53,444 nucleotides of DNA from Alphaproteobacteria bacterium (GTDB taxonomy: Bacteria; Pseudomonadota; Alphaproteobacteria; UBA9219): contig JAQUWX010000002.1 in NCBI GenBank assembly GCA_028692635.1, positions 1 to 53,444 of the forward strand, written 5' to 3'. Numbering within the stretch: the stretch's first letter is position 1; every line of letters starts with the position of its first letter. Below are positions 25,721 through 35,190 of the stretch, one piece after another. Under the pieces are notes generated by a model. The model was not told the DNA's origin. It saw only the letters and a list, made by a program, of their open reading frames with translations, and made no database searches. Made by a program: the position numbers and the translations under genes.

Positions 25721-26053
25721 TTAAAGAGCGTCAGCCCTATCAACTTTCTCGTACGGCTCTATGATCCCCAGGGTACAAGCGATTGAAACCGCATTTGCTT
25801 TATTGGCAGCGTCTAGTTTGCGAAGAATTTTTGCCAAATAATCCTTGATCGTTTCTTTTGAGAGCATCAGAATTGCGGAGATTTCATCTCGTGTCTTTCC
25901 TTTGGCTGTCAGCGTTAGAATTTCTATCTCCCTTGTTGTGAGTTTCTCCGCTGGGTGCAATATTCTCTCTATCCTCATAACATCTGATCTAATTATATCC
26001 TCGCAGCGTGTGCCGGACGTCTTCAAGGCCTCTTTGTTTTTCTTAACAATCAT
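25721..26053 (-). CDS. LuxR/GerE-type HTH transcriptional regulator (stand-alone DNA-binding domain)
   Basis: LTTREIEILTLTAKGKTRDEISAILMLSKETIKDYLAKILRKLDAANKANAV. Confidence 0.85.
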   Translation of the reverse strand: MIVKKNKEALKTSGTRCEDIIRSDVMRIERILHPAEKLTTREIEILTLTAKGKTRDEISAILMLSKETIKDYLAKILRKLDAANKANAVSIACTLGIIEPYEKVDRADAL

Positions 26054-26123
26054 AAAAGTATCTTTTCCATTTGTTTTCTATCAAAGTAGCGATTTGATAT
26101 ATTTTTTGTTTATGGTGCCTTCT

Positions 26124-26666
26124 CTATGAGCAAAGCCATGAGCGATAATTGTATTTCTCTCTGCCAATCTTCGCAGCGTCCCTGTGTTCGTCCTTGATTT
26201 CCTCAGAAACAAGAGTGCGCTGGGCGGTCTCGACTAATGAACGGACGAGGAGATTCTGTCCGCCAACCGTTTCAAAAAATGTCTCTTTGCTCATGAAGCG
26301 ATTGTTGCCTCGTTGTTCCGACGAGATTTTTCCTCCGCCTGCCATGCGTCCGACGAAAACAAGTGTTTGTGCGCTCTGGTTCTGCCGATCCTTTGTCTTA
26401 ACGACCGTGACAGGCTTCACGAGGCCGAGGGCGATGTTTGCGGTTTCAAACACCTCGCGCCGTGCCGCAGCCTCGGCGTCATCGTCGTCCCATTCCACGC
26501 GACCGCCGGGCAAGACAAAGCGGTTCTTGCTTTTGATAGCCAGCACGCGGTTCTGATCGTCAAAGACAACGACCTTGACGTGCCTCGCTTCGGCATCTTC
26601 GAGCGCCTTGATCAGTCGCAGTTTCGGCAATGTCTTTGTAATCGCACTATGTTCGGATTTAGGCAT
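26124..26666 (-). CDS. NUDIX hydrolase (copy B)
   Basis: Same Nudix box as copy A. About 97 percent nucleotide identity to copy A over most of the gene, with one 9-bp indel. Confidence 0.85.
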   Translation of the reverse strand: MPKSEHSAITKTLPKLRLIKALEDAEARHVKVVVFDDQNRVLAIKSKNRFVLPGGRVEWDDDDAEAAARREVFETANIALGLVKPVTVVKTKDRQNQSAQTLVFVGRMAGGGKISSEQRGNNRFMSKETFFETVGGQNLLVRSLVETAQRTLVSEEIKDEHRDAAKIGREKYNYRSWLCS

Positions 26667-26925
26667 AACGCACATCCCGTTCATAAGAGGAACCGATGCC
26701 GCTCATGCGGCACTTAAGCTCAATGACGGCCAGCGCGTTGGCGAAGTGCCAAAGGGCAGCTATGTCTTGATGTGTGAAGCCCTTGGCGTGGAGGTCTTGC
26801 TGCGCGCAATCACCTTTTTCCAAGGTTGTTTCAACGATTGCATCCGCCATGCGAGCAACCGGCTCAAATCTCTTGTCCGTCTTGGTCGTAATCTGATCGA
26901 CGATGCGGTTTGGAATGTTTTTCAT
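26659..26925 (-). CDS. hypothetical 88-aa protein, module core (copy B)
   Basis: Near-identical paralog of 4077-4349. Confidence 0.7.
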   Translation of the reverse strand: MKNIPNRIVDQITTKTDKRFEPVARMADAIVETTLEKGDCAQQDLHAKGFTHQDIAALWHFANALAVIELKCRMSGIGSSYERDVRYA

Positions 26926-27278
26926 TGCTGGGCCGCCTTCCCAATTTCAGAGGCGGAAACCGTTACGCGGACAACGCCCGCATAAGAAAGCGCCAGCGTA
27001 TTGCCAGTCTGCTCACACCTTTCGGGGATGATGACAGCCGCCTCGTAACAGACAAACTGGACACCGCGCCGAGCGAAGGTGTCGACAAGCGTTTTCAGAG
27101 TTTCTTCTTTTGGCGAGAAAGTTCCGTGCTCGATATTCTTGATGGTTTCCGCTGATATTTTAGCTTCCTTGGCAAGCTCGCTACGCGACCAGCCTAGCAA
27201 GCCGCGCGCTGCACGCAGTTGCGGCGGAACAATAACGCAAATATGAAGACTTGGGATTGGCTGTTCGGCTTTAGTCAT
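26922..27278 (-). CDS. XRE-family HTH regulator (copy B)
   Basis: PPQLRAARGLLGWSRSELAKEAKISAETIKNIEHG. The ATG at 27278 overlaps the upstream stop by 8 nt. Confidence 0.8.
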   Translation of the reverse strand: MTKAEQPIPSLHICVIVPPQLRAARGLLGWSRSELAKEAKISAETIKNIEHGTFSPKEETLKTLVDTFARRGVQFVCYEAAVIIPERCEQTGNTLALSYAGVVRVTVSASEIGKAAQQ

Positions 27279-27699
27279 TGCTGCCCCCAGTAGCGTGAGC
27301 TGCCAAAAGCACAATGATCAGTCGCAAAAACTGACGCTGGTTTTTATCTGAAATTTTAGAGTAGGCTTCCAAGAATTCTTGAACTTCGTGCTTGTTAAGA
27401 AGCGCCAGATTATTTTCAGAAATCGGATTCTTGACCGATTTATTATCATTAAGCTTTTCAATAAACCATATGGCAGAAATTCCCAGGCTTTCCGCCATAT
27501 GCATAAGGCGGCTAACGCTTATACGGTTTTGTCCATTTTCATATTTTTGTATCTGTTGGAAAGTAAGCCTATTCATCGAGCCAAGTGTTTCCTGACTCAT
27601 TCCGCATGATTTGCGAGCGAGGCGCAAAAGCTGGCCAAGTTTCCTGTCGATTGAATCAATATTTCCAGTAATGTGTTTTGGCGCAGACATAAGCATCAT
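27271..27699 (-). CDS. additional XRE-family HTH regulator, present only in module B
   Basis: LGQLLRLARKSCGMSQETLGSMNRLTFQQIQKYENGQNRISVSRL, a classic Cro/C1 helix-turn-helix. Confidence 0.8.
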   Translation of the reverse strand: MMLMSAPKHITGNIDSIDRKLGQLLRLARKSCGMSQETLGSMNRLTFQQIQKYENGQNRISVSRLMHMAESLGISAIWFIEKLNDNKSVKNPISENNLALLNKHEVQEFLEAYSKISDKNQRQFLRLIIVLLAAHATGGSND

Positions 27700-27905
27700 G
27701 GCCTCCGCCCATCATTTTCAACAATTTTGCAAGCCTCCGGCCAATAGCGTGCAGCATCGTCCAGTGAGAACCCCAAAGCGCGAAGATGCGTTATGCTGCA
27801 TTCGCCTTTTTGTTTTATGCGCTCTATAATCGCAGCCGCCATGCGCTCGGCCACGTGCGCGAGCTCGCTATTGTCTTGGGGCAATCTCTGAGCGGCAGAA
27901 TTCAT
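27696..27905 (-). CDS. hypothetical 69-aa protein, present only in module B; distant paralog of the 88/90-aa core protein
   Basis: VAERMAAAIIERIKQKGECSITHLRALGFS compares with VARMADAIVETTLEKGDCAQQDLHAKGFT. Start/stop overlaps on both sides. Confidence 0.55.
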   Translation of the reverse strand: MNSAAQRLPQDNSELAHVAERMAAAIIERIKQKGECSITHLRALGFSLDDAARYWPEACKIVENDGRRP

Positions 27906-28336
27906 TGATATCCTCCCGCGTTCTTCTCTTCGATTTCCTCATCCATATATTGAAGGACTAAATCGGCCAGTTCCTCTGCCGGAGCCTGCGCGTAAAAAAG
28001 CCACTGAGAGCGTCGCGTCTTGCGCTGCTGGAGGCGGTCGTAAAATTGGATAAGGGTTTCCCGATCTGCGGGCAATTGCGTGGATTCCCGCTTTTGCAGT
28101 TCTTCAATATGCAAGTTGATCGCTGCATCAATCTTTGCCGCCCCTTTATCATCAACGAGATTGATGGTTTCTTCCGGAAAAGTTTGTGCGAGATGCATGT
28201 CGCAAAACTCGTTCATAAGTTGAGCAAGTTGCACGATCCTTTGAGTGACGGCACTCGTTTCCACATTTTCGCCTTGTGAAATCATGGACTGAAACGCCAG
28301 CATAAGGCAAAGGCGTAGTTGTTCGTTCTTATTCAT
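27902..28336 (-). CDS. hypothetical 144-aa protein, module core (copy B)
   Basis: Paralog of 4695-5129. Confidence 0.65.
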   Translation of the reverse strand: MNKNEQLRLCLMLAFQSMISQGENVETSAVTQRIVQLAQLMNEFCDMHLAQTFPEETINLVDDKGAAKIDAAINLHIEELQKRESTQLPADRETLIQFYDRLQQRKTRRSQWLFYAQAPAEELADLVLQYMDEEIEEKNAGGYQ

Positions 28337-28649
28337 GACAGCCTCCTATCACCAAGGACTCCGGCCAGAAACACGACAATGAACGCGCCATTCGATCAAT
28401 CACGCTTAATTCGTGTGACGATGGTTCAGGTATCGGAGAATTGGAGAGATACAGGAAAGTGACCCCATGCATTTTGATCGCTTGGGTAAATTCCTCGCGA
28501 TCAGCCTCCGATGAAAAATTGTCTTGGATAATTTCAGTTGCGACAACTTCCGCTGATGCCGGATGCGCCTTTGATTTCTGCGTTCCGATGTAAGGCGATG
28601 CTATTGCTGCACTGTCGTTCGTCATGTCATTCCCATTGATGTTGTTCAA
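28329..28649 (-). CDS. hypothetical 106-aa protein, module core (copy B)
   Basis: Paralog of 5122-5442. Confidence 0.65.
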   Translation of the reverse strand: MNNINGNDMTNDSAAIASPYIGTQKSKAHPASAEVVATEIIQDNFSSEADREEFTQAIKMHGVTFLYLSNSPIPEPSSHELSVIDRMARSLSCFWPESLVIGGCHE

Positions 28650-28918
28650 TCAATGAGACGAGTATCGATATCGCCAACACTCAAAACAACGAGAGTATTT
28701 GGTCGATTTGCCCATTTTCAGGGCGTCAATTTGGACGAATTTCTCTTTTGATCTTTTTGCTCAAAATTTTGGGCTTTTTACTTCGCCGATTGAATGCGTT
28801 TTTCGATGGCGCTGAGAAGAATACGCGAATGACTGTGCGTGAAAAAGGGATCTTTGATATAACGATTCATGCGGCAAAGAGGATGATCTCCTTTGCCACG
28901 GATCACGAGAAAATCAGA

Positions 28919-29692
28919 TTAATAACAGGCTTGCAGTCTTGGCTCTTCGTAGTTGTCTGAAAGAGGCATCCTATGGTCGAGACGAGGTGCCGCCCTTTTA
29001 GACGTAGATGTTGAATAAAGTCTGGCTTCTTTCCAATCCCGTTCAAAAGCCTCAAACATCCTTTTTGAAAGATTAGAATATTCAATAACCATATAAACCG
29101 GATGGCGGAACTTGAAACGAGTGTCTTGTTCGACCGCGAACGTAGCTTCGTCACCATAGGCAAATTCGGAAGAGATTATGCTGGGGCGATTTTCTGGAAA
29201 CACCCTGACTTCAAACGAAGGAGTTTTCGGCAGATATATTTTTTGATCAGACAACAAGCACTTCACCGAAGCAATCTTGACCAGTCTTTCCAAACGATCA
29301 AAATTGGTCAACCCATGTTGCCCAGTAACCTTTGTCATCATTTCTTGGCTGCCGATACGGCAAACCACGCCGGTGTCTTTTTCCTTCAGCATCTTTTCGA
29401 TGTTGGCAAAAAATCGGTCGCACCCGCTCAACCCTCGAAAATCCTTAACTCCGTCTGAGCGTGGCTTTACGCTGCCATCAGGACTGCATTCGACTCCATG
29501 AGCATCAAAGACGCTGTGTATATCGGTAACAATGGACTCACGAACGGGAGCATCGTCCTCAAACGTGCAAATGGTGTTGCGAGAAACATTCGCTTCCTTG
29601 GCCAGCGTTTCACGAGACCATTTCAACAATGATCTCGCCATTCTGCATTGTGCGCCAGTCATAAGATATAAATCTGTCATGACAATACTCAT
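28919..29692 (-). CDS. XRE-type HTH protein with C-terminal domain (copy B)
   Basis: Paralog of 5718-6473, collinear over the full length. Alternative start at 29680. Confidence 0.75.
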   Translation of the reverse strand: MSIVMTDLYLMTGAQCRMARSLLKWSRETLAKEANVSRNTICTFEDDAPVRESIVTDIHSVFDAHGVECSPDGSVKPRSDGVKDFRGLSGCDRFFANIEKMLKEKDTGVVCRIGSQEMMTKVTGQHGLTNFDRLERLVKIASVKCLLSDQKIYLPKTPSFEVRVFPENRPSIISSEFAYGDEATFAVEQDTRFKFRHPVYMVIEYSNLSKRMFEAFERDWKEARLYSTSTSKRAAPRLDHRMPLSDNYEEPRLQACY

Positions 29693-29693
29693 T

Positions 29694-30032
29694 TCAATTA
29701 AAAACTTTGTCCATCTTCAAATCAATTAGATACTCAATAGCGTTCTGATAAAGATGCGACGGGAGCGCCGCAACGGTGCTAACTCCAAAATGAGAGGTCA
29801 TGACTTCACCAATACTGTCCTCCTCCACCTTTTGAGTGTAGGCGACATAAGAGATCATGCCGAGAACGGCTTTCAATTCAATATCGTTCAAGGGTTTTTC
29901 GTTTGCTTTTCGAAGCGCAATAAGTTCTGCAGTCAAAAGACTAAGATCGCCAGAAGAAAACTGAGAGCTTTCCGTGGCTTCATCAAAAATCTCTTCGGGA
30001 GTTCTTTGTGTCATATGTTTGGACTGTTTCAT
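29694..30032 (-). CDS. hypothetical 112-aa protein (copy B)
   Basis: Paralog of 6484-6831. Confidence 0.65.
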   Translation of the reverse strand: MKQSKHMTQRTPEEIFDEATESSQFSSGDLSLLTAELIALRKANEKPLNDIELKAVLGMISYVAYTQKVEEDSIGEVMTSHFGVSTVAALPSHLYQNAIEYLIDLKMDKVFN

Positions 30033-30046
30033 CGCAGACGATCCTT

Positions 30047-30415
30047 TTAATTTGCGCCCAGCGGTTGCGCAGAATCCAGTCTTACAAGATACTCAACGGA
30101 GCGGACAAAATCGCAGCGGGACAGATCATTCATCTCCTCGACACCCATCGCCGTCAAAAACATTCCCGTGGCGACCCAAATTTCCTGTTGCAAATGCTTG
30201 GCGCGATATTTGACCATGTCCCAAAGAGCGCTCACTTCGTTGGAGCTAAGGGGAGCTTGCATGCGGCGGTCGATAACGTCGTCGCCGGAAGTCGCTGGGG
30301 TGATCCCGCTGGCCTTATACGGAAAAAGCAAAATGGAGGCTTGGGTGTTAGAGAGGGCGTTGTCCTGAATAAACGGTTCGTCGTAATTCTTATAAGATGT
30401 ATTAAAATCAAACAT
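30047..30415 (-). CDS. hypothetical 122-aa protein (copy B)
   Basis: Paralog of 6834-7205. Confidence 0.65.
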   Translation of the reverse strand: MFDFNTSYKNYDEPFIQDNALSNTQASILLFPYKASGITPATSGDDVIDRRMQAPLSSNEVSALWDMVKYRAKHLQQEIWVATGMFLTAMGVEEMNDLSRCDFVRSVEYLVRLDSAQPLGAN

Positions 30416-30598
30416 GTAACCCCCTAAAAATGTCTTTTCATAAATGGCGTTGTCACATCGTAATTATTAATAAGCGTCAATCTGTGGTCTAAAATCTAAA
30501 AATAGTAACTCTCAAAAATCATGCTTGAACTATAAACAATGGTTTTTGTGAAAGCAAATCATTTTTCACCTAAAAGCGGTGGAAAACGCACCGCGCTA

Positions 30599-30634
30599 TA
30601 CCCAAAATGGGCAAGAACATACCCAAAATGGGTA
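30599..30634. promoter_or_regulatory. candidate operator pair: TACCCAAAATGGGCA-N6-TACCCAAAATGGGTA
   Basis: Two 15-mers, each an internal TACCCA/TGGGTA-type palindrome. They are flanked by two copies of CATTTTTCACC-N7-GGTGGA at about 30560-30585 and 30667-30692. Confidence 0.5.
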
Positions 30635-30741
30635 AAATGATACAAAAAGCAATAAAATTACAAAAGCATTTTTCACCTTTTAATGGTGGATAAAGTATTG
30701 TATGGTGCGATCCATAACAGTAAGCAAGTAAGGAATTAACC

Positions 30742-31425
30742 ATGAAACTCACCGGTCTCCAAATTGCAGCAGCCATCACATTGTCAGGCTTGACGAGAGA
30801 GGCATTGGCAACCGAAGCGCACGTTGGCCGCAATACCATAGATAGAATCATAAACGAAACCGCCGCTTGCCGCGAGGACACGATACGCAAGATCACGAAC
30901 ATTCTTGAAGTGCGCGGCATCGAGTTTTTGCCCGGCGAAGGCGTTCGCCGCAAGCCGACGACTGTTGATATTCTGACCGGCAGCGAAGGTTTGCAGCAAT
31001 TTTTCAACGGCGTTCATGAATATGCCAGCAAGAATGGCGGCACTATCATGATGTTTGGGATTGATGAAACCACTTTTATCGCAACAATTACCCCGGAATT
31101 CTCAAATGATTATCTCAAGCGCATGACCGAGGTTTCGCGCAAACGCAAAGACCTCGAGGTTCTGGCTATTGTTTGCGAAGGTGATACGAATTTCTGCGCG
31201 GCAGATTACAACGAGTACCGTTGGATATCAAAAAATATATTTCAGGCAGTTCCTTTCTATATTTATGGAGAAACCCTCGCGATCATGGATTTTAACACCA
31301 CGCCGGGGCCGACAATCATGCTGCTAAGATCGCGTGCTATAACGAACGCATACCGCAAGCAATTTCAAGCCTTCTGGAAAATGTCGCATCCGCCAACATC
31401 GGCAAACAAAAAGGTGGAAAAATGA
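30742..31425 (+). CDS. XRE-type HTH regulator with C-terminal domain (divergent gene, copy B)
   Basis: 227 aa. LTGLQIAAAITLSGLTREALATEAHVGRNTIDRI. The C-terminal part is collinear with 7435-8079 (PFYIYGETLAIMDF versus PLYIYGSKLALVSW). Confidence 0.75.
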   Translation: MKLTGLQIAAAITLSGLTREALATEAHVGRNTIDRIINETAACREDTIRKITNILEVRGIEFLPGEGVRRKPTTVDILTGSEGLQQFFNGVHEYASKNGGTIMMFGIDETTFIATITPEFSNDYLKRMTEVSRKRKDLEVLAIVCEGDTNFCAADYNEYRWISKNIFQAVPFYIYGETLAIMDFNTTPGPTIMLLRSRAITNAYRKQFQAFWKMSHPPTSANKKVEK

Positions 31426-32117
31426 ATTTAGCTCTTAATTTTGAGCCTTCGCAAAAAAACACAAACGATAATGCCGCTTCTTGCGAAGTCCTCTATATCA
31501 CTGAATGTTCAACTTGGGGTGAGCTTGGTTATAAAACTGTTTCATCCGCTTTTCACTCGGTTTTACCCATATACTGGTCTCCAGATATGCCAAAACCTGA
31601 TCTCAACGACTGGCACGGCGATTGGATCATCTCATTCAAATCCGACCTTGTTCTTCCGCGCTCTATCCTTGAACGCGCCAAAAAAGGAGCCATCAATTTT
31701 CATCCTTGCCCGCCAAAATATAGGGGTCTTGGTGGATATTGGTGGGCGCTCCATAACGGCGACGATGTCTTCGGTGTGACTTGCCATCATATGAATGAAC
31801 GCATCGACCACGGAGATATTATCAAGACAGAAAGTTTTCCGATCTGGCGTGGAGAAACCGTAGAAAGCCTTAAACACAGGGCTGCTCTTTATTCACTTGG
31901 CCTTCTGAATGAGACTCTAAGCAATATTATATCCGAAAAGCCCCTCGATCCCAGCGGGGAAAAATGGGGACAGCATCTTTACACCCACAAAGAGCTTACG
32001 ATAGCTCAAGCACAAGAAGCTTTAGATGCGGTTATAAAAAACGATCTTGTCATGACGACAGAGCGAGGCGGAAGGTATTTTAATGTGGCCCAATCAACAT
32101 GCGGCATGGCCTCTTGA
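31422..32117 (+). CDS. formyltransferase-domain protein (Fmt/PurN-like N-terminal fold)
   Basis: INFHPCPPKYRGLGGYWWAL and HHMNERIDHGDII correspond to the N-x-H-x-LP-x-x-RG and H...D catalytic pattern of formyltransferases. ATGA overlap with the XRE gene. Confidence 0.65.
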   Translation: MNLALNFEPSQKNTNDNAASCEVLYITECSTWGELGYKTVSSAFHSVLPIYWSPDMPKPDLNDWHGDWIISFKSDLVLPRSILERAKKGAINFHPCPPKYRGLGGYWWALHNGDDVFGVTCHHMNERIDHGDIIKTESFPIWRGETVESLKHRAALYSLGLLNETLSNIISEKPLDPSGEKWGQHLYTHKELTIAQAQEALDAVIKNDLVMTTERGGRYFNVAQSTCGMAS

Positions 32118-32164
32118 TATGCCCACGCTCGTGATAATCAAAATATAGTCACGGGCAAATACAA

Positions 32165-33049
32165 ATGGATGAAGCGGCAACGGCAGCGCTGGTTTACAGA
32201 GAAAACAATGAAAATGGTTCTCCAACATTTCAAGCGGTCATGGATCTCCTTGCCGACACGTTTGACCTAAACATTGAGCCCCTAAAAACTTTTGACCTTT
32301 TTGAGCCGACCTACCGTTCGTTTTCCTATTTTACTGAAAACAGAACATGCGCTGCAAACGTCAGCGCGATTGATGTGCCTCTGTTTCTTTCCGGAAATCC
32401 TGTCAAAGCCACGGGCATTCAGTCAGTGGCCACGCGGCCATCTTATCGCCATCGTGGATTAAGCCGCGATCTGTTAGCCCGAGCCTTGGCTTGGTGCGAT
32501 AAGCAATCGGATTTGGTTCTGCTGCACACGTCAATACCAGACTTCTATCTTCCATTCGGTTTTAGCATCGTGCAGGAGCATTTCTTTGTCGGCAAGCCGC
32601 CGGAGGCCGTCGGTGAAGCCTGCGCCCATGAACTATCTTGGGAATCTCAAAAGGATCGCGCTCTCTTGCGGCAAATGTTGCTTTCACGCACTCCCGCATC
32701 GAGCGTCGCGTCGATCTGCGGTCTGTCGGGCATGTTTATTCTGAACGCGATGGGCACAGAAGGACTCTGCCTCTACCATCTCCCCGCATTGCAGGTTGTC
32801 GTTGCTGTAAAAAATAAAGAAGGCGGCACGCTTTGTCTCCTCGATATCATTGGCCAGAAAATACCAACACTTGCTCAGATCGTTGGGGCATTGGATTGCG
32901 CTCCTTCGAGTATCGAAGCGCATTTTTCGCCTGATCTTTTAGATTGGACAGGTACAAAGGCTCCTTGCCAGAAGAAGAATGTTCTTATGATACGAGGAGA
33001 ATTTGATATAGACAGGCCGTTTATGCTTCAACCAACATTGGCTTTTTAG
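32165..33049 (+). CDS. GNAT-family acetyltransferase, Eis-like multi-domain architecture
   Basis: 294 aa. GIQSVATRPSYRHRGLSRDLLARAL motif A, plus a C-terminal extension. Confidence 0.6.
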   Translation: MDEAATAALVYRENNENGSPTFQAVMDLLADTFDLNIEPLKTFDLFEPTYRSFSYFTENRTCAANVSAIDVPLFLSGNPVKATGIQSVATRPSYRHRGLSRDLLARALAWCDKQSDLVLLHTSIPDFYLPFGFSIVQEHFFVGKPPEAVGEACAHELSWESQKDRALLRQMLLSRTPASSVASICGLSGMFILNAMGTEGLCLYHLPALQVVVAVKNKEGGTLCLLDIIGQKIPTLAQIVGALDCAPSSIEAHFSPDLLDWTGTKAPCQKKNVLMIRGEFDIDRPFMLQPTLAF

Positions 33050-33109
33050 AGCAAGGAAAATGAGCCACAGCGGCAGTAGCTCCAATCACACTCGACAAAA
33101 CACTTTCCA

Positions 33110-33496
33110 TTAAGCTTGGCGATATTGAGATAGCAGCCCTGAAGGCGTTGCGTTTGGCTTTACGGCATCGTGTGGCACGATCAGGTAACACCACGCCTTG
33201 CCGCCATTTTCCATTTCGTGCTTTGTCGCAGCTTCGCACCATTTGACGGCGGCGCGGGCTTTTTGCTGGACGGCGTCGGCATCAACCTCGTCGGCGCGCT
33301 TGGTTTCGACAAGAATCTTTTCCTTGACCGTTTTCACCACAAAATCAGGCTCATAGCCATTATTCTCGTTCGTATAGATTTTGACATCATTGCGCAGGGG
33401 CTTGAACCATTTCAGAACATCTTTCTCGTCCTCTAACAAAACAGCCATCTGCCGCTCTGTGTCGGAATCAAACTTCTGTTGCAGACAACCCGCTGG
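33110..33496 (-). pseudogene. C-terminal remnant of a type III restriction / helicase-nuclease (PD-(D/E)xK end)
   Basis: FDSDTE...GYEPDFVVKT...ILVETKRADE is the usual C-terminal nuclease-like module of roughly 900-aa Res/helicase proteins. The frame is closed by a TAG 16 codons upstream of the first Met and no N-terminal part is present. Confidence 0.55.
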
Positions 33497-33688
33497 CTAT
33501 TGTCGCAGTTTGTTGCTTTAATACGCAAATGTGGTGGAGGACTAAGAAAGTTTTGTTTAGTGCCTCATCCCCTCCGCCATGCCTATCCAAAATGGATAGG
33601 GCGTTTTTAGTGAGCGATTGCTCCAACCAATTCAGAAATCTTCATATATTTCAATGATAACCGGACGAGAGATTTTGAAACGCTGTTA

Positions 33689-33828
33689 GCGCCGTGCACA
33701 TTTTCCGTGAACCCAGCGTGAACAGAGAGCGGAAATTCTCTACCGCAACTGGACTTTTAGAGAAAAGTCCAGTTACATATCCACCAATCACTTACAGCAT
33801 TTTTCGTGAAAAAACGGTAGGCGGATGA
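33689..33828 (+). repeat. about 140-bp direct repeat, copy 1 (partner at 37877-38015)
   Basis: Contains CGTGAAC x2 and the perfect hairpin aactggactttt-agag-aaaagtccagtt (33747-33774). Confidence 0.85.
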
Positions 33829-33903
33829 GATTCGAATAGCAAATGTGCAAAGTCTTACACGAAGCCATCTTCGCTGCGATGGCAAAGAATAAAGGACAGT
33901 TTT

Positions 33904-34788
33904 ATGACTCTCGATCATCAGAACAATAACGACGATCTTACGGTTGCAATCGTCAGCGACGTTCATCATGGGCCTGATCGGGGCACAAAAAAGGGATCAG
34001 ACACACTGCAAACTTTTCACCGTTTTGTCAGTTTTGTCGAAAAAATAAATCCCGATTTTTCGGTTGACCTTGGAGACCGTATTTCTGATACCAATCACGA
34101 TACCGATGCTCAGTATATGAAAGAAATCGCCCAAGAATTCAGAAAAGTTCCCGGCGATTTATTCCATCTTCTTGGCAATCACGACCTTGCAAAACTTTCT
34201 CCGCAAGAAAATAAAGATATTCTTTTTGGAAAGGTCGCTTCGTTCAGTATGGATAGAAAAGGGTTTCATATCGTTTTCTGGAACACGAATCCAAAGCTTG
34301 ATGAGGCTCGTGGCTTTTCCTCTCAAGACGAAGACCTTGAATGGCTAAAGGCCGATCTAGCAGCGACAGATCTTCCCACCGTCGTCTTTACCCATCTTCC
34401 CTTGGATAATGGAAGCATGAAGGGAAATTTTTATTTCGACAAAGACTATCCACATCATGCGGGCTACCCTGAAGCTCAGGGAGAAAAAATCCGAACTGTT
34501 ATTGAAGAAAGCGGCAAAGTCATTATTTGCATTAATGGGCATGCTCACTGGAATGCTTATCACTGCATCGACGGCATCCATTACGTCACCATTCCCTCTT
34601 TGACAGAAACGTTTCTTACTTGGCCAAATCCAGACGAGGCCTATGCAAGACTCTGCATCGGAGAGCAAATTGAAATTGAAGTTTTTGGTCGAGCGCCAAT
34701 TTTCTATCGATTGCCCATCAGGAAATTGGGAGCGCACTGGGTCAGTTCTTTTAAAGAGTATTCACCCAAGCGAATTCTACCAAGCTAG
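33904..34788 (+). CDS. calcineurin-like metallophosphoesterase (CpdA-like)
   Basis: DVHHG, DLGDRISD, GNHD, FTHLPL and NGHAHWNAY occur in the canonical order. Confidence 0.8.
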   Translation: MTLDHQNNNDDLTVAIVSDVHHGPDRGTKKGSDTLQTFHRFVSFVEKINPDFSVDLGDRISDTNHDTDAQYMKEIAQEFRKVPGDLFHLLGNHDLAKLSPQENKDILFGKVASFSMDRKGFHIVFWNTNPKLDEARGFSSQDEDLEWLKADLAATDLPTVVFTHLPLDNGSMKGNFYFDKDYPHHAGYPEAQGEKIRTVIEESGKVIICINGHAHWNAYHCIDGIHYVTIPSLTETFLTWPNPDEAYARLCIGEQIEIEVFGRAPIFYRLPIRKLGAHWVSSFKEYSPKRILPS

Positions 34789-34884
34789 TGAGATTGTCCT
34801 TCGATAACAGTCATAATTTAGCGTTTTGGCGAGAATAATTATAATTCAATGGGTTATAAAAACGACGTTTTAGAATTATTGTTG

Positions 34885-34940
34885 TATATCAACAAGATAA
34901 CAAGGAGCATGTTCGCTGCCAAGTATCATTCGCCCCGCCA
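34885..34940 (+). repeat. dispersed intergenic repeat, copy c
   Basis: atcaacaagataacaaggagcatgttcgctgccaagtatcattcgccccgcca. Confidence 0.65.
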
Positions 34941-35190
34941 GCTTTTTACAATTACAACTCATATATGAATTTGGGGTGCGACGAAAAGTCGCAATAGCTT
35001 CAACACGTTCTGTGAAAAGCTGTTGACTTCGATTTTTCCAAACCCGCCCAGCACAATTGCCAGATAGGACAAAACTCTCTAAATGTTATGGTTGCTGTTG
35101 ACTCGGTACGGTTCCATTAAGTCAACGGGTTAGATGTTGTGGTTTTTTTTCGTTTGGTAAGCAAATGAAACAAAGAAACGAGGAGTCTCC

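Noticed and set aside
30570-31007. A 145-aa minus-strand ORF spanning the module B control region.
   Set aside because: It runs antisense through the start of the well-supported XRE gene at 30742 and through the operator-like repeats, and it has no paralog in module A. It is likely spurious.
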